From positions 25,929 through 89,928 of the forward strand of contig NZBU01000009.1 of assembly GCA_002688035.1 (NCBI GenBank): DNA of 64,000 nucleotides, in the 5' to 3' direction. The position numbers were made by a program, and so were the translations under genes. Every line of letters starts with the position of its first letter. The stretch's first letter is position 1. Source of the stretch: Candidatus Iainarchaeum sp. (GTDB lineage: Archaea > Iainarchaeota > Iainarchaeia > Iainarchaeales > GCA-2688035). Positions 37,352 through 47,160 of this stretch are shown in pieces. Below the pieces are notes generated by a model. It ran no database searches, had not been told where the DNA came from, and saw nothing but the letters and a program-made list of their open reading frames with translations.

Positions 37352-39010
37352 TTGGCTATTTTCTATTCGGTTATGGCTAATAAAAAAAAGATTCTGATTG
37401 GCAGTGTCAAAAAACTTATTGCACTCAAAGTTCCTGATAAGGAGATTGTGGTTAACCTGCGTGATGTCGGCATTGATGAGAAGCAGGCAAAAAATTTAAT
37501 TAAACTTGCGAAGCAGACCCCCTCAGAGAAAGAAGTTAAGAAGCCCGAGTCTAATCCTGAACCAAAGCCACTACCAAAACCAGTTGCCAAAGAAGCCACT
37601 CCAAAGGTTGCTGAAGAAAAATCTCTTGATCAAATAAAGAATGAGTTGCAAAAGAAGGATTTTGTCAAGGATGAGAAGATGAGTGAGGGTGACAAAAAAA
37701 GTTTTTTTGAAAAGCTTGTAAATCGCTCTGCCAAAGAACCTTCAAAAAAGAGTAAGATTGATGAGATTGCAGAGGCAATTCAACCAAAAGTTGAGGGAGA
37801 GAAGCCAAAGCCTGTAGTCGAAATCCCTGCCCCAAAACCTGAGCCCAAATCAATTGAGCAGAAACCAATTCCGGCAGTGGTTCCCAAACCTGTTATGCCG
37901 CTTCCAAAATCTGCGGCTCAGCCAAAATCTGTTGTTCAACCCAAACCAATTCCGGCCCAAAGAACTTCATCACTTGATATTTCAAAACTATGGGAGAAAG
38001 GGATTCTCTCATCTGTTAATGACAAGCTCAAAGAAATAAAAGAGATAAAGGCGGATGTTGATATCGCGATCGAAAAAAGGGCCGATGAGGTAGCCAAAAA
38101 GGAGATTAACAAGATCCAGGTTTTGTTTGATTCCCAACAGAGTCTTTTCATGGAAAAAGTAAATGCAAAGTTGGATGAAAAAGGAAAAGAAGTTGAGGAA
38201 CTAATTGACAAGAAGATCGTGGAGATGAAGCAAACATCCTCCACACTCGAAAAGGAGATGGGTGACCTTGAGGTCAATAGAAAACAATACAAGGATTTCA
38301 TAAGCGAGATGACCACAAAGCTTACCGAGTTGGAGCACACCAAAAACAAGCTTGTGAGTGGAATGAATTCAGAGCTCATAAAATCGAAGAGCGAGATGCA
38401 AGAGTTCATGGATTCTTCTCAGAGCAAAGTAAGAGATATTGATGACAGGGTTAACAAAACTCTAGAAGTGGGTTTGAGTGTAATTGATGGTTTAAAGGTT
38501 GATGCTGAAACCCAATTAAAGGATTTTGCGATAAAGAGAAGTGATGACTTGAACCATGACATGCGCGAACAGTTGGGCGAGCTTAAGGATACTAAGGGTG
38601 CCTTTGAGAATCAGATAAAAGAGAATCTTGCCATGTTAAAGGAAATGAAGACAACGTATGAATCACAGATCGAGGGAAGATTAAAAAGGCTTGATCATTT
38701 AGAAGCAGCTATAAGGAAAGAGTTTGATCCCGCAATGTTCAAACAGCAGATGAATGACTTAGAGGGTTTCAAGCAGCAGTTTGTAAAGGTTATCGAGACA
38801 AATGTTGGCAAATTTAACCAGGCCATCCAGGAGATAAACGAGCAGGCCAATCAAGCCGAATCCAAGATAAACGGCCAAATAAGACTGATTGACAAGAAGA
38901 TGACAGAGCTTGACGAATTTGAGAAGACCTTTGCAGAAGAAATGGGTCTGTCAGTAGAAAAAGCCTTTGAGAAAAAGAAACAAGCCAAGTCAAAGAAAAA
39001 GAAGAAATAG
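37352..39010 (+). CDS. long coiled-coil protein with a Pro/Lys-rich linker and polylysine C-terminus
   Basis: The protein is 552 aa. It has a ~50-aa N-terminal domain, a PKP-repeat linker, then ~330 aa of heptad-like charged low-complexity sequence ending KKKQAKSKKKKK. Confidence 0.5.
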   Translation: MAIFYSVMANKKKILIGSVKKLIALKVPDKEIVVNLRDVGIDEKQAKNLIKLAKQTPSEKEVKKPESNPEPKPLPKPVAKEATPKVAEEKSLDQIKNELQKKDFVKDEKMSEGDKKSFFEKLVNRSAKEPSKKSKIDEIAEAIQPKVEGEKPKPVVEIPAPKPEPKSIEQKPIPAVVPKPVMPLPKSAAQPKSVVQPKPIPAQRTSSLDISKLWEKGILSSVNDKLKEIKEIKADVDIAIEKRADEVAKKEINKIQVLFDSQQSLFMEKVNAKLDEKGKEVEELIDKKIVEMKQTSSTLEKEMGDLEVNRKQYKDFISEMTTKLTELEHTKNKLVSGMNSELIKSKSEMQEFMDSSQSKVRDIDDRVNKTLEVGLSVIDGLKVDAETQLKDFAIKRSDDLNHDMREQLGELKDTKGAFENQIKENLAMLKEMKTTYESQIEGRLKRLDHLEAAIRKEFDPAMFKQQMNDLEGFKQQFVKVIETNVGKFNQAIQEINEQANQAESKINGQIRLIDKKMTELDEFEKTFAEEMGLSVEKAFEKKKQAKSKKKKK

Positions 39011-39020
39011 TTTTTGCTAA

Positions 39021-39093
39021 TGGGCCTGGGCGGAATTGAACCGCCGATCTCCCCGATGTCAACGGGACGTCATAACCACTAGACCACAGGCCC
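39021..39093 (-). tRNA. tRNA-Val (anticodon GAC)
   Basis: The reverse complement folds as GGGCCTG...TTGACAT...GGCGG-TTCAATT-CCGCC-CAGGCCC with anticodon GAC. Confidence 0.8.
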
Positions 39094-39102
39094 TTTCATT
39101 TA

Positions 39103-40044
39103 CTATTTCGCATCCGTAATTTTTTTAATGAGTTTGCAAGCCGCACATTCTTTCCCACTAGTGGGTTCGCCGCATTCTTTGCAGGCATTTAGCTTTACTT
39201 TTGCGCTTTTGCCAGCAAGCTTTGGTTTTGCCTGCTTCAAAAAACTGAGTATGCTGTACATGGTTCCCGGGAACTGTGACTCAAGATGATTGAGAACTGA
39301 ACGATAAGTATTTCTCTTTGCCTGCCACTTGAACGGACAGCATTGTTCCTCATAGTGTTTTACTCCTTTGTAGTGAGCAAAAGCAATTATCTCTATCTCA
39401 GGGGAGTCCCACAGTGGCTTTATCCTTGGAACAAAACCCTTTCCTTTCTTCATGCGGGTTATTGGTCCAAGCCTAACAAGTCTTTGAATATCTGCCTCGC
39501 ACACATTCATCAGCGTGCTCTGTGTTTCATCATCCAGGTTGTGTCCTGTAACAAGCTTGTTTGCCCCAAGTTTTTTCGCATACTGATTCATAATCTTCCT
39601 GCGCAGTACTCCGCAAAAACTGCAGGTTCCACCTATTCTTTTTTTCGCACCGGTCTTCTTCATCACATCAACCATTGTGAAACCAAACTCGTCCTTGAAG
39701 CTAATTCGCGTGAATGGAATTCCCCAGGCCTTACAGTTCTCCTCGGCAAAATTTAATGCCGCGTCCCTATAACCCTCTATTTCCTCATCAATAAGGAGGG
39801 CTTCAAGTTCATTGCTCTTTCCAAAAATCTTATGCATCAAGTAAAGCGCAACACAACTGTCCTTTCCACCGCTCACTGCGACCAATAGCTTTTCGCCTTT
39901 TCCAACAAGGCCATTTGTCCTGCAGGTTCTCTTAACTCTCTTCTCAAAAAAGTGCGTAAAGTGATCTTTGCAAAACTTGTGGGGGCCATAAAGAAGTTCT
40001 ATTGCTGCCTTGCTTTCGCATCTATCACATTTTCCTGTTACCAT
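39103..40044 (-). CDS. tRNA 2-thiolation PP-loop ATPase (TtuA/Ncs6/TtcA family)
   Basis: There are N-terminal CxxC pairs and the PP-loop SGGKDS. Cys clusters follow (CSFCGV, CPFK), ending in a C-terminal zinc ribbon. Confidence 0.7.
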   Translation of the reverse strand: MVTGKCDRCESKAAIELLYGPHKFCKDHFTHFFEKRVKRTCRTNGLVGKGEKLLVAVSGGKDSCVALYLMHKIFGKSNELEALLIDEEIEGYRDAALNFAEENCKAWGIPFTRISFKDEFGFTMVDVMKKTGAKKRIGGTCSFCGVLRRKIMNQYAKKLGANKLVTGHNLDDETQSTLMNVCEADIQRLVRLGPITRMKKGKGFVPRIKPLWDSPEIEIIAFAHYKGVKHYEEQCCPFKWQAKRNTYRSVLNHLESQFPGTMYSILSFLKQAKPKLAGKSAKVKLNACKECGEPTSGKECAACKLIKKITDAK

Positions 40045-40284
40045 AAAAAAACTGCCCTAGTATCCTTTAATTAATTTATTGATTCATTCTTTATCTTATG
40101 AAGAAGCAAACCAAGTTTCTGAAGGAAGAAACAAGGGTAAAGCAGAGAATGGGCCGAGGGAAAACAGGCAAGAAGGGCAGCAAGGGCGAGTAAGGCAAAC
40201 ATTAGCTTTAAATTCCTTCTCTTTGAAATAATTTGTATTAATTAACTTCTTTTAACGCATCTTTTGTGCTAGTGAAGTGAGATT

Positions 40285-40890
40285 ATGAGTGCGACAAAAG
40301 CAATACAGGAAACGTTTGCAAAAGAATTTGCCGGTAAGAAAGATAAGTCTTACGATTACAAGGCAATCCAGCGTGAGCGCATGATTGGCTTCAGGAAAGA
40401 GAAGCAGGCTATTGTTCGTCTTGACAAACCAACAAATATTGCCAAGGCTAGAACCTTGGGCTACAAGGCAAAGAAGGGCCTTGTTGTTGTAAGGGTTAGA
40501 GTGCGCAGAGGAAGTGGTGCACAGCGTAGGCCAAAGAAGGGTAGAAAGCCAAAGCGCATGGGTGTAAATAAGCTGACAAGAGCAATTAGCATTAAGGGCA
40601 TTGCAGAGCAGCGCGCTTCAAGAAAGTATGAGAACTGCGAAGTTTTGAATTCTTACAAGATTGGTGCAGATGGAAAGCATCATTATTATGAAGTAATTCT
40701 GGTTGACACTTCAGCACCTGAAATAAAATCTGATAAAGATCTAAATTGGCTTTGCGAGAAAACCCAGAAAGGAAGAGCCGAGCGTGGTTTAACTTCCGCT
40801 GGAAAAAAGAGCAGGGGTCTTCGCAGAAAAGGCAAGGGTGCAGAAAAAATCAGGCCATCTCTGAGAGCAAAGGGCAGAAAGGGAAAGTAA
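40285..40890 (+). CDS. rpl15e: 50S ribosomal protein L15e
   Basis: YKAIQRERMIGFRKE...VVRVRVRRGSGAQRRPKKGRKPKRMGV is the L15e signature. Confidence 0.85.
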   Translation: MSATKAIQETFAKEFAGKKDKSYDYKAIQRERMIGFRKEKQAIVRLDKPTNIAKARTLGYKAKKGLVVVRVRVRRGSGAQRRPKKGRKPKRMGVNKLTRAISIKGIAEQRASRKYENCEVLNSYKIGADGKHHYYEVILVDTSAPEIKSDKDLNWLCEKTQKGRAERGLTSAGKKSRGLRRKGKGAEKIRPSLRAKGRKGK

Positions 40891-40976
40891 AAGCACTTTT
40901 TCTTTTTTTTGTTAAAAAATAAAACCTGCACTAAAAGAAAAACACTTTTTAAAATGAAGCAGGCTAATTCTTCTCA

Positions 40977-41816
40977 ATGCCAGCAAAAGTTTTTCTAATC
41001 CAAAAAGAGTTTCTGCAAAAGCTGCCCGCTACTTTTCAAAAACTCGGTTTCAAGCAGCGCTTTGAAAACAAGTCTACTGCCGTAAAAGTTCACATGGGTG
41101 AGTATGGGAACCTGAATTATGTGAGGCCGCCGATTGTTGGCAAGTGTGTTGAAGAGCTATTGGCAGTTGGAGCAAAACCATTTCTGTTCGATTCTCTCAC
41201 CAAATATCACGGGAACCGTTTTACTGTTGAAGATTATAAGGAAACCGCACGCAAGAACGGTTTTACCGAGGAAACAATTGGCTGCCCCATTGTGATTAGT
41301 AATGAAACCGTGAATGCAGAAGGATTCATGGATCGGGAAGTCGGGCTATGCAAAGACGTGGTTGATGCAGACGCCATCTTCACAATAAGTCATTGCAAGG
41401 GACATGGCTTTGCAGGATTTGGCGGGGCAATTAAAAACCTTGGATTTGGCGCAGTAAACCAGGAAACAAAAAATGTTGTTCACGGGAACAAAAGAAAGCT
41501 CCTGGAATTTATTGCAAACCAGTGCTTTGCAGTGCTCAAACAATTTGAAAACGGAAACTCTATTTATGTAAACGTGCTCAACGATATCTCAAAGCTCTGC
41601 GACTGTCATGGTGATGCCGGGTTTGGGATAATGAAAGGGATAGGGATTGCGGTAAGCGATAATATTGCGGCAATAGATAGGGCTTCAATAGATTTAATCA
41701 ACAAAGAGTTTGGCCAAGACTTTTTCGAGCATTTGAATCATATTGATCCCAGGCCGCAGTATGAACTGTTGGAACAACATGGGATTTTATCTGATTATTT
41801 TCTTGAGGTGATTTAA
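40977..41816 (+). CDS. DUF362-like protein (putative Fe-S/ferredoxin-related)
   Basis: VKVHMGEYGN...ISHCKGHGFAGFGGAIKNLGFG is the DUF362 pattern. Confidence 0.45.
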   Translation: MPAKVFLIQKEFLQKLPATFQKLGFKQRFENKSTAVKVHMGEYGNLNYVRPPIVGKCVEELLAVGAKPFLFDSLTKYHGNRFTVEDYKETARKNGFTEETIGCPIVISNETVNAEGFMDREVGLCKDVVDADAIFTISHCKGHGFAGFGGAIKNLGFGAVNQETKNVVHGNKRKLLEFIANQCFAVLKQFENGNSIYVNVLNDISKLCDCHGDAGFGIMKGIGIAVSDNIAAIDRASIDLINKEFGQDFFEHLNHIDPRPQYELLEQHGILSDYFLEVI

Positions 41817-42316
41817 TGAGATTCAAACTTTTGAAAGGAGACATTGCAGACGCAGTTGTAGACGCAATAGTTAATGCTGCAGGAACCTCCCTTCATATGG
41901 GTGGGGGAGTAGCCGGTGCCTTGAAGAGAAAAGGCGGACAGGAAATAGAGGACGAGGCCCTAAAAAAAGCACCCATTGGATTAGGCAAGGCCGTTGAAAC
42001 AAATGCAGGCAAGCTAAGCGCCAAGTATGTGATTCACGCAGCGGCAATGCCGCACTCAGGGGATGAAAGGGCAACATCGGACAGTATTTCCCAGTCAACA
42101 AGACATGCTTTAAAACTGGCGGACGAATTAGAATGTCAGACAATTGCAATTCCGGCGGTTGGGTGTGGCATAGCCGGCTTTCCCCTAAATCAGGGTGCAA
42201 AAATTATTCTAAGAGAAATTTTTCGCTTTCACGGAAAAAATTTGGAGAAATGTATTGTAGTATTGTTCTCTGATGCAGAGTACAAAGCTTTTGACCAGGC
42301 TTCAAGGAGAGTTTAA
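41816..42316 (+). CDS. macro domain (ADP-ribose binding/processing) protein
   Basis: IVNAAGTSLHMGGGVAGAL and VIHAAAMP are macro-domain signatures. Confidence 0.7.
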   Translation: MRFKLLKGDIADAVVDAIVNAAGTSLHMGGGVAGALKRKGGQEIEDEALKKAPIGLGKAVETNAGKLSAKYVIHAAAMPHSGDERATSDSISQSTRHALKLADELECQTIAIPAVGCGIAGFPLNQGAKIILREIFRFHGKNLEKCIVVLFSDAEYKAFDQASRRV

Positions 42317-42862
42317 ATGTCTAAAAATATTCCCACTCCTGAAGAGTGCATTCCACTCCTGAAAAAGTACGGGGCCACTGAAACAATTATTGGACACTTG
42401 AAGCAAACCGCAAAAGTTGCAGTATTCCTCGGAAAAAAATTGGCTGAGAAAGGAGAAGAGATTGATTTACCACTTTTGGAAGCTTCTGCTTTGCTGCATG
42501 ATATTGACAAGAAGATTACTCTTGATGATCATTCAAAAAAGCATGCCGTGGAAGCAGAAGCAATTCTGAAGAAAGAAGGTTTTCCAAAGATTGCAGAAAT
42601 TGTGAGACAGCACAGGTTGGGATGGATACGCGAGAACCAATTTTCAGGGTGGGAGGCAAAGCTTGTTTACTATTCGGATAAAAGGGTTAGGCATGATCAA
42701 ATAGTTTCGCTTGAAGAGCGCTTTGAATACTTGCTTGAGAGATATGGCTCCATTTCAAAGGAGGCCAGAGAAAGCATTCTGAAAGCCAAGCCAAAAGTAT
42801 TTGAATTAGAGGAGGAAATTTTCTCCAAAATTGATGTTGACAAGAATTTGAAGGGGATTTGA
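42317..42862 (+). CDS. HD-domain phosphohydrolase
   Basis: The H...HD pattern (ALLHDIDK) is present. The protein is ~180 aa. Confidence 0.5.
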   Translation: MSKNIPTPEECIPLLKKYGATETIIGHLKQTAKVAVFLGKKLAEKGEEIDLPLLEASALLHDIDKKITLDDHSKKHAVEAEAILKKEGFPKIAEIVRQHRLGWIRENQFSGWEAKLVYYSDKRVRHDQIVSLEERFEYLLERYGSISKEARESILKAKPKVFELEEEIFSKIDVDKNLKGI

Positions 42863-43149
42863 TGCAAAAACAACAGCAGAGAACAAAAATCAGGCCCTCG
42901 CAGAGGATGAAGAAGCGCTATATGCTATTCGAGTATATGGCGAGTGATTCTTTCGAAAGGGTTCGGGAAGCTCTTTTTGAGTTGGGAGTAAAGCCCCTGA
43001 AGCTTGTAGAGTTCAATTCTCAGACAAAAAAGGGAATTGTGCGCTGCGAAAGAGGCAAAGAATCTGCTTTGAAAACAGCGATGACAAAGGTCGATTTTAA
43101 GCCGATTAAGACTAGCGGGACCATCAAAAAGCTACGTAGCCTGCCTTAA
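42859..43149 (+). CDS. rnp2: RNase P protein component 2 (Pop5/Rpp14)
   Basis: KKRYMLFEY...GIVRCERG...SGTIKKLRSL closely parallels the Pyrococcus Pop5 stretch KKRYIAF...GIVRCDR...SGTIKRLKRK. Confidence 0.7.
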   Translation: MMQKQQQRTKIRPSQRMKKRYMLFEYMASDSFERVREALFELGVKPLKLVEFNSQTKKGIVRCERGKESALKTAMTKVDFKPIKTSGTIKKLRSLP

Positions 43150-43235
43150 AACGCATTTGACAATAGCTTTTTAATCTCTTTCAAACACACTAGTCTTAGG
43201 CTCACAGTAGTGAAATTTATTTTAGGTAGATAACT

Positions 43236-43409
43236 ATGGCGCTAGTCAATGCATTAAAGGCAAAGTGTACCAAGTGCGGTTATGGCATTCCTTTGAGTAG
43301 CCAAGAGTATGAAAAAGCCGAGGGAGTACAGTGCCCAAAATGCAGTTCTGATTGGACAATTCTAAGGGATGACGGCGAACTCTTTCTTGAGCTAAAGAAG
43401 AACCAATAA
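43236..43409 (+). CDS. small zinc-ribbon protein (57 aa), absent from the ORF track
   Basis: The product is MALVNALKAKCTKCGYGIPL...VQCPKCSSDW, with two CxxC pairs. It lies between pop5 and psmA. Confidence 0.45.
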   Translation: MALVNALKAKCTKCGYGIPLSSQEYEKAEGVQCPKCSSDWTILRDDGELFLELKKNQ

Positions 43410-43486
43410 GCTCGAGGAAGAAGCTTTTTATAGTTAACGTAGATAAAATTCTTTAAACTGGAAAGATAAGGAGATTAAGGGTTAAA

Positions 43487-44212
43487 ATGTATCCTGTTTC
43501 TAGAAAAGGCTCAGCCTATGACCGTGTTGCAACGATGTTTTCTCCAGACGGCAGACTATATCAGGTTGAGTATGCCGGCAAAATCGTGGAGCAGGGAACC
43601 ATTGGCGCAGCCCTAGTATACGATGACGGAGTTCTTTTTGGCGCCGACAAAAAGATTTCAAGCAAGCTTATTATTCCAAAAAGTGTTGAAAAATTATTCA
43701 AGATTGACGATCATGTAGGCGCAATTTCCGCAGGACTAGTTGGGGATGCGAGAAGGCTTGTCCAGATCGCGAGAAAAGAATCCCAGGAAAACAAAATGTA
43801 CTACGAGGAAAAGATTCCTGTGGAAACACTTGTAAAACACGTTAGTGGAGTAAAACAATTATTCACACAGTATGCTGGAATGAGGCCTTTTGGAGTGAGT
43901 TTTATTATGGGTGGCGTGGATGACACCGGCCCAAGGCTTTTTGAAACAGAGCCAAGCGGTGCACTTGCCGAGTACAAGGCAATAGCAATTGGCAAGGACA
44001 GGAAAGAGGCAATGAAGGTCTTTGAGAAAAAGTATAAAGAGGGAATTGATTTTGAGGCCGGTATAAAACTGATTACCGAGGCTCTTGAGGCTGCGCGCGA
44101 TGACAAGGAAAAATCTGATGTTAATAGGTTAGAGTTTACTTTCATTTCAAATGGCGGTTCTTTTGAAAGGATTGAAACACAAAAATTGAAATCTATTTTA
44201 GGGAAAAAATAA
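43487..44212 (+). CDS. psmA: proteasome alpha subunit
   Basis: The N-terminus YDRVATMFSPDGRLYQVEYA is the alpha-subunit signature. Confidence 0.9.
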   Translation: MYPVSRKGSAYDRVATMFSPDGRLYQVEYAGKIVEQGTIGAALVYDDGVLFGADKKISSKLIIPKSVEKLFKIDDHVGAISAGLVGDARRLVQIARKESQENKMYYEEKIPVETLVKHVSGVKQLFTQYAGMRPFGVSFIMGGVDDTGPRLFETEPSGALAEYKAIAIGKDRKEAMKVFEKKYKEGIDFEAGIKLITEALEAARDDKEKSDVNRLEFTFISNGGSFERIETQKLKSILGKK

Positions 44213-44245
44213 TTAAAGTAAATAATTTAAGAGGTTTAAAAAACC

Positions 44246-44947
44246 ATGGTGAAATTAGAGGACGCGGTAATCGCAAGAATCGAGAAAAATGGTGAACACT
44301 TCGAAATTCTTGTTGATCCCGCACTTGCTTTAAAACTAAAGAAAGGTGAAACAGTGAGTTTTAATGATTTACTAGTAATCGATACAGTTTTCAAGGACGC
44401 CAAGAAAGGCAGCGAGCAGAGCCCTGAATCCCTGAACAAGGCTTTTGCCACAGTTGAGATAAACGAAGTTGCAGAGAAAATTATTATGCAGGGAGAAGTG
44501 CAGCTCACAACCGATCAGAGAAGAACAATGCGCGAGGCAAAGAAAAAAGAGATAATCGCGATTATATCCAGAAACGCTTTGAACCCGCAAACCAATGCAC
44601 CTCATCCACCAAAAAGAATTGAGATTGCATTGGAAGAAGCAAAGATAATGATTGATGAGAACAAGAGAGCGGACGAGCAAGTTTCTGATATTTTGAAGGA
44701 GTTGAAAAAGATAATCCCGATTTCATTTGAAAAACAGCAGATTGCAATAAAGGTTCCTGCAGAGCAAGCGGGCAGAGTATCAGCTTTCCTGCACAAGCAC
44801 GATCTCAAAAAGGAACAATGGATGAATGACGGAAGCCTTGTCGCTATAGTTGAAACTCCGGCAGGTCTAAGAAACGAGTTTTTGACAGAATTGAATCATT
44901 TAACACACGGAGACGTGGAAACAAAAATAATGGAGAAAGGTGACTGA
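44246..44947 (+). CDS. sdo1: SBDS/Sdo1 ribosome maturation protein
   Basis: The SBDS N-terminus is present, and the gene is at the SBDS position in the exosome superoperon. Confidence 0.7.
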   Translation: MVKLEDAVIARIEKNGEHFEILVDPALALKLKKGETVSFNDLLVIDTVFKDAKKGSEQSPESLNKAFATVEINEVAEKIIMQGEVQLTTDQRRTMREAKKKEIIAIISRNALNPQTNAPHPPKRIEIALEEAKIMIDENKRADEQVSDILKELKKIIPISFEKQQIAIKVPAEQAGRVSAFLHKHDLKKEQWMNDGSLVAIVETPAGLRNEFLTELNHLTHGDVETKIMEKGD

Positions 44948-44949
44948 AT

Positions 44950-45573
44950 TTGAGTGAGAAAAAAATTGTTATACCCGGAGACCTGGTTACTGAGGAGAGA
45001 AAGAAGCTCGGCAGCCATGTTTTTGTTGAAAATGGTAAAGTATTCAGCGATTCCCTTGGTTTGTTTTATCCTGGGAAAGACATAGCATCTGTGGTGCCGC
45101 TGCATGGGAAATATATTCCAAGAAGAGGAGATTTGATAGTAGGAATAGTTGTAAGTCAAACCTACTCAGGATATATTGTGGATATTAATAGCATTTATTC
45201 AAGCTATATTTCAAAAGAATTAACTCGCGACAGGTTAAAGCGAGGCGCCGTAATATCGGCAAAAGTAACCGATGTAAACGAAGTAAATGAGGCTGACTTG
45301 GATGACGTGCGAGTATTTTATGGCGGCGAAGTTCTATCTGTAACCCCTGTAAAAATTCCAAGGATGATTGGAAAGAATGGAAGCATGTTAAACGCTTTAA
45401 AGGACGGAACCGGTTGTAGTCTACTTATTGGTAGGAATGGCTGGGTATGGGTAAAGGACGGAAATGTTCCTTTACTGGTAAAAGCAATCGATCTTATTGA
45501 ACGAGAAGCCCACTTAAACAATCTTACAAATAAAGTTGGAGACTTCTTAAATAAAAACAAGGGTGAAAAATGA
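44950..45573 (+). CDS. rrp4: exosome RNA-binding subunit Rrp4 (S1 and KH domains)
   Basis: It has an S1 region (GDLIVGIVVSQ) followed by a KH region (IGKNGSMLNAL). It lies upstream of rrp41. Confidence 0.75.
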   Translation: MSEKKIVIPGDLVTEERKKLGSHVFVENGKVFSDSLGLFYPGKDIASVVPLHGKYIPRRGDLIVGIVVSQTYSGYIVDINSIYSSYISKELTRDRLKRGAVISAKVTDVNEVNEADLDDVRVFYGGEVLSVTPVKIPRMIGKNGSMLNALKDGTGCSLLIGRNGWVWVKDGNVPLLVKAIDLIEREAHLNNLTNKVGDFLNKNKGEK

Positions 45574-46370
45574 TGGCTAAGAAAAAAGATGAAATTGAGT
45601 ATGTGAAAAACGGGAAAAGAGTTGACGGCAGAAAGGTTGATGAACTAAGGCCGTTGAAAATCGAAGTTGGAGTTATTGACAGAGCAGACGGATCAGCTTA
45701 TGTTGAATGGGGACAGAACAAGGTTCTTGCCGCAGTGTATGGCCCAAGAGAGGCCCTGCCAAAACACATTCAGAATCCTTACAAGGCTCTGGTTAACTGT
45801 CAGTACAGAATGGCAACATTCAGTGTTCCAGACAGAAAGAACCCAAGACCTGGGCGAAGGGAAATAGAAATTTCAAAGGTCTGTAGTGAAGCTCTTGCAA
45901 AATCAATATTCATAGAGAGATTTCCAAACACTAAAATTGATGTGTTTGTGCAAATACTTGACAGTAATGCCGGGACAAGAGTAGCCGGATTGATTGCTGC
46001 AAGTGTAGCATTAGCTGATGCAGGAATTCCAATGAGGGATTTGGTAGCAGCAACAGGTGTTGGTAAAGCAGGTGGAGAAATAATTCTTGACCTCAACAAA
46101 GAGGAAGAAGATGCGCCTGATGCAGTTGACATTCCACTGGCAATATTGCCAGGAACAGAGGAAATAGTTTTGCTTCAGATGGATGGACTACTCACAAAAG
46201 AAGAGTGGAAGAAATCAATTGAGCTTGGAATAAAAGGCTGTAAACAGGTTTACGAGGTGCAGAAAGAGGCTTTGCGAAAAAAGTATGGCGAAGCTGAGAA
46301 GGAAACTGCAAAAGCAAGAGAGCCCAGTGCCAAAGAAACCAAACCAAAAAAAGAAGAGAAGGTGAATTAG
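45570..46370 (+). CDS. rrp41: exosome catalytic subunit Rrp41 (RNase PH family)
   Basis: It has the RNase PH fold and the phosphate-binding region GTRVAGLIAASVAL. Confidence 0.85.
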   Translation: MMAKKKDEIEYVKNGKRVDGRKVDELRPLKIEVGVIDRADGSAYVEWGQNKVLAAVYGPREALPKHIQNPYKALVNCQYRMATFSVPDRKNPRPGRREIEISKVCSEALAKSIFIERFPNTKIDVFVQILDSNAGTRVAGLIAASVALADAGIPMRDLVAATGVGKAGGEIILDLNKEEEDAPDAVDIPLAILPGTEEIVLLQMDGLLTKEEWKKSIELGIKGCKQVYEVQKEALRKKYGEAEKETAKAREPSAKETKPKKEEKVN

Positions 46371-47150
46371 ATGGATGACGTTATATGGGACTTAAGAGTA
46401 GACAGTGCTGTAAAACTTATCAAAGAAGGTAAGCGTATTGACGGAAGGGCATTGGACGAATACAGGAAAATTGATATACAAAATCATATTAGTGAAACTG
46501 CAGAGGGCTCCGCAATAGTTAACCTTGGAAAAACAAGGATTGTTGCAGGAACCAAAATGATTTTGGGAACCCCCTATCCTGATTCACAGGACCAGGGAAC
46601 AATCTCAGTTGGAGCAGAATTATTTCCAATTGCATCCCCCTCATTTGAATTTGGCCCTCCAAAAGCCGCGGCAATAGAATTGTCAAGGGTTATTGACAGG
46701 GGTATCAGAGAAAGCAAGTCCATAGATTTCAAGGACCTTTGCATAACCGAGGGAGAACAAGTGTGGATTGTCTTTGTTGACCTCTATACTATGAATGACG
46801 ATGGGAACTTCTTTGATGCAGGCAGTATTGCTGCACTATCAGCTATGCTGGAAACAAAGATCCCAAAGGTTGAGGATGGGAAAATAGTGAAGAAAGAGTA
46901 TAGCGGAAAGCTAAAACTCTCAAAGAAACCTTTGCTATGCACTTTTGCAAAGATTGCAAATAAGATAGTTATTGATCCAACTCTGGTGGAAGAGAAAGCA
47001 CAGGATGCAAGGTTCTCTGTTTCAACAGCTGACGACAAGCACTTGTGCGCATTCCAGAAGGGTGAGCAAGGTTCTTTTACAAGAAGCGAAATAGACGAGT
47101 GCATTGAAATAGCTTTCAAGCGCGGAAAAGAAATAAGGAAAACATTATAG
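46371..47150 (+). CDS. rrp42: exosome subunit Rrp42 (RNase PH-like)
   Basis: It has the RNase PH-like second ring subunit pattern, and gene order supports the call. Confidence 0.8.
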   Translation: MDDVIWDLRVDSAVKLIKEGKRIDGRALDEYRKIDIQNHISETAEGSAIVNLGKTRIVAGTKMILGTPYPDSQDQGTISVGAELFPIASPSFEFGPPKAAAIELSRVIDRGIRESKSIDFKDLCITEGEQVWIVFVDLYTMNDDGNFFDAGSIAALSAMLETKIPKVEDGKIVKKEYSGKLKLSKKPLLCTFAKIANKIVIDPTLVEEKAQDARFSVSTADDKHLCAFQKGEQGSFTRSEIDECIEIAFKRGKEIRKTL

Positions 47151-47160
47151 GTGAAAAGAA

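Noticed and set aside
40098-40193. 31-aa basic mini-ORF (MKKQTKFLKEETRVKQRMGRGKTGKKGSKGE) upstream of rpl15e
   Set aside because: It has no recognisable ribosomal-protein signature (it does not match L39e, L40e or L41e as recalled). It is too short to support without comparative evidence.
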